DNA of 64,000 nucleotides, from contig DATJVC010000034.1 in NCBI GenBank assembly GCA_035501935.1, positions 4,621 to 68,620 on the forward strand, read 5' to 3'. The notes under the pieces are model-generated. The model made no database searches and was not told the origin of the DNA. It worked only from the letters and a program-made list of their open reading frames with translations. The position numbers and the translations under genes were made by a program. Below are positions 62,390 through 64,000 of this stretch, one piece after another; within the stretch, counting starts at the first letter, position 1, and each line of letters begins with the position of its first letter. The stretch is from Gammaproteobacteria bacterium (lineage in GTDB: Bacteria; Pseudomonadota; Gammaproteobacteria; JAJPIJ01).

Positions 62390-63217
62390 CTAGCGGTCGT
62401 TGCGGCGGCGGATGATCATGGATGCCGTGCGTTTGTTCTTGCGGGTCTTGTACCCCTTGGTCGGCTGGCCGTGCGGGGTCACCGGATGGCGGCCGCCGGA
62501 GGTCTTGCCTTCACCGCCGCCGTGCGGATGGTCAACCGGGTTCATCGCCACACCACGCACCGTCGGGCGGATGCCGCGCCAGCGCGTCGCGCCGGCCTTG
62601 CCGAGCGAGCGCAGCGAATGCTCCATGTTGCCGGCCTCGCCGATGGTGGCCCGGCAATCGACCGGTACCTTTCTGGTCTCGCCGGAACGAAGCCGCAGCG
62701 TGGCGTAGCCGCCTTCGCGCGCCACCAGTTGCACGCCGGCGCCAGCGGCGCGGCCCAGCTGGGCGCCTTTGCCCGGCTTCATCTCCACGCAATGCACGGT
62801 GGTACCCACGGGGATGTTTCGCAGTGGCAGGCTGTTGCCGGCCTGTATGGGTGCCTCGGCACCGGATTGCAGCGTGTCGCCCGCCTGTACGCCCTTGGGC
62901 GCGATGATGTAGCGGCGCTCGCCATCGGCGTAGATCAACAGCGCGATGTGTGCGCTGCGGTTGGGATCGTATTCCAGCCGTTCGACCTTCGCCGGCACGC
63001 CGTCCTTGTCGCGCTTGAAATCGATCAGGCGGTAAAGCTGTTTGTGCCCGCCGCCGATGTGCCGCACCGTCTGGCGGCCGAAGTGATTGCGGGCGCCGGT
63101 CTTGTTTTTGTGCGTGACCAGCGAGGACTCCGGCCGACCCTTGTGCAATTCAGGCGTGACCAGCTTGACGACCGCGCGGCGTCCGGGGGAGGTGGGATTG
63201 ACCTTGACCAGTGGCAT
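62390..63217 (-). CDS. rplB: 50S ribosomal protein L2
   Basis: Begins [14 protein letters not shown] and contains [10 protein letters not shown]. Starts at ATG 63217. Confidence 0.95.
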   Translation of the reverse strand: MPLVKVNPTSPGRRAVVKLVTPELHKGRPESSLVTHKNKTGARNHFGRQTVRHIGGGHKQLYRLIDFKRDKDGVPAKVERLEYDPNRSAHIALLIYADGERRYIIAPKGVQAGDTLQSGAEAPIQAGNSLPLRNIPVGTTVHCVEMKPGKGAQLGRAAGAGVQLVAREGGYATLRLRSGETRKVPVDCRATIGEAGNMEHSLRSLGKAGATRWRGIRPTVRGVAMNPVDHPHGGGEGKTSGGRHPVTPHGQPTKGYKTRKNKRTASMIIRRRNDR

Positions 63218-63233
63218 GATGGCGTCTCTATCG

Positions 63234-63524
63234 TCAGGGGGCCGCGCCAAATTCGATGTTGAAGCCCGGCTTCAGGCGCACATAGGCCTTTTTCACACCG
63301 CCGCGCCGGCCGGGCCGGTTGCGGAAATATTTGATCTTGTCGGGATTGCGGCAGACCTGCACCGCGGCGACCTGCACCTTGAACATGAGCTCCACCGCCT
63401 GTTTGATGTCGGCCTTGGTGGATTGCGGCTGCACGGCAAATACATAATGAGTGTCGGCCACGCGTGTGATCTTCTCCGACACCAGCGGCCCGACCAGCAC
63501 GTTCATCAGTTTCTCGGCGTTCAT
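63234..63524 (-). CDS. rplW: 50S ribosomal protein L23
   Basis: 96 aa. Contains [14 protein letters not shown]...[24 protein letters not shown]. Confidence 0.93.
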   Translation of the reverse strand: MNAEKLMNVLVGPLVSEKITRVADTHYVFAVQPQSTKADIKQAVELMFKVQVAAVQVCRNPDKIKYFRNRPGRRGGVKKAYVRLKPGFNIEFGAAP

Positions 63525-64000
63525 TTGAGCCGCGCCTCCAGTTGTGTAAGCGCCGCCTTGGTGGCGATTACCTTGTCGAAATGCACCAGGCTCACCGGAT
63601 CCAGTTCACGGGCCTCCAGCGCGTCCACGCCGGGGATGTTGCGCACGGCCAGCGCCAGATTCCTGTCCATCTTGTCCGTCACCAGCAGCGCGGACTCCAG
63701 CTTGAATTCGTGCAGCCGCGCGGCCAGATTCTTGGTCTTGTGCGACTCCAGGACCAGGGAATCCACCACCAGCAGGCGATCCTTGCGCACCAGTTCGGAG
63801 AGGATGGAGCGCATGGCCTGGCGGTAGGATTTGCGATTGACCTTCTGTTCGTAGTTGCGCGGCCGGGCGGCAAAGGCGCGGCCGCCGTGGCGCCACAACG
63901 GCCCGCGCGTGGTGCCGGCGCGGGCGCGGCCGGTACCTTTCTGTTTCCACGGCTTGGTATTGCCGCCGCTGACCTCGGCGCGGGTCTTCTGCTGCTTGGT
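63521..64000 (-). CDS. rplD: 50S ribosomal protein L4, C-terminal part (5' end beyond window end)
   Basis: The frame is open to the window edge. My translation of the last 100 nt gives ...[25 protein letters not shown], the L4 signature. Confidence 0.93.
   Translation of the reverse strand, partial: TKQQKTRAEVSGGNTKPWKQKGTGRARAGTTRGPLWRHGGRAFAARPRNYEQKVNRKSYRQAMRSILSELVRKDRLLVVDSLVLESHKTKNLAARLHEFKLESALLVTDKMDRNLALAVRNIPGVDALEARELDPVSLVHFDKVIATKAALTQLEARLK

Overview
High-G+C (about 60%) proteobacterial core chromosome with strong E. coli-like synteny. Nearly every base is accounted for by about 65 protein genes. I found no rRNA, tRNA, CRISPR array, IS element or integrase. Gene order, left to right: pbpC (partial) and a 1970-aa thioester alpha-2-macroglobulin; a 1271-aa multidomain Fe-S/flavin oxidoreductase; sixA-metG divergent from apbC-dcd; tusA-like, cysG, phhB, ispG, mpl; a macA-macB-NodT efflux operon; an FAH-family hydrolase; lptD-surA-pdxA-rsmA. 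An 8-kb block follows: aroE, a cNMP/rhodanese protein, glnK-amtB-glnK', ubiK, comM and an SPFH protein. Then come apaG-apaH, folA-thyA-lgt, an SDR, a thioredoxin-domain protein, a low-G+C single-gene islet, a PfkB kinase, a PQQ sugar dehydrogenase and a SAM hydrolase. The window ends with the contiguous alpha, spc and S10 ribosomal operons (rplQ through partial rplD) on the minus strand. The most unusual signal is three sharply low-G+C patches (25-45% in counted 60-nt lines, against 58-62% in the neighbouring lines I counted). (1) A single-gene islet encodes an orphan 508-aa P-loop NTPase that I cannot place in a named family; it is a candidate stand-alone defence or sensor gene. (2) An in-frame patch inside metG replaces the anticodon-binding domain and adds about 40 aa. 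(3) The whole folA gene sits in its ancestral apaH-adjacent slot and is translationally coupled to thyA. Lesser observations: a sigma-54 promoter for a dual-PII amtB operon, a cNMP-cNMP-rhodanese fusion, an NfnAB-like megafusion, and several unexplained intergenic repeats and hairpins.
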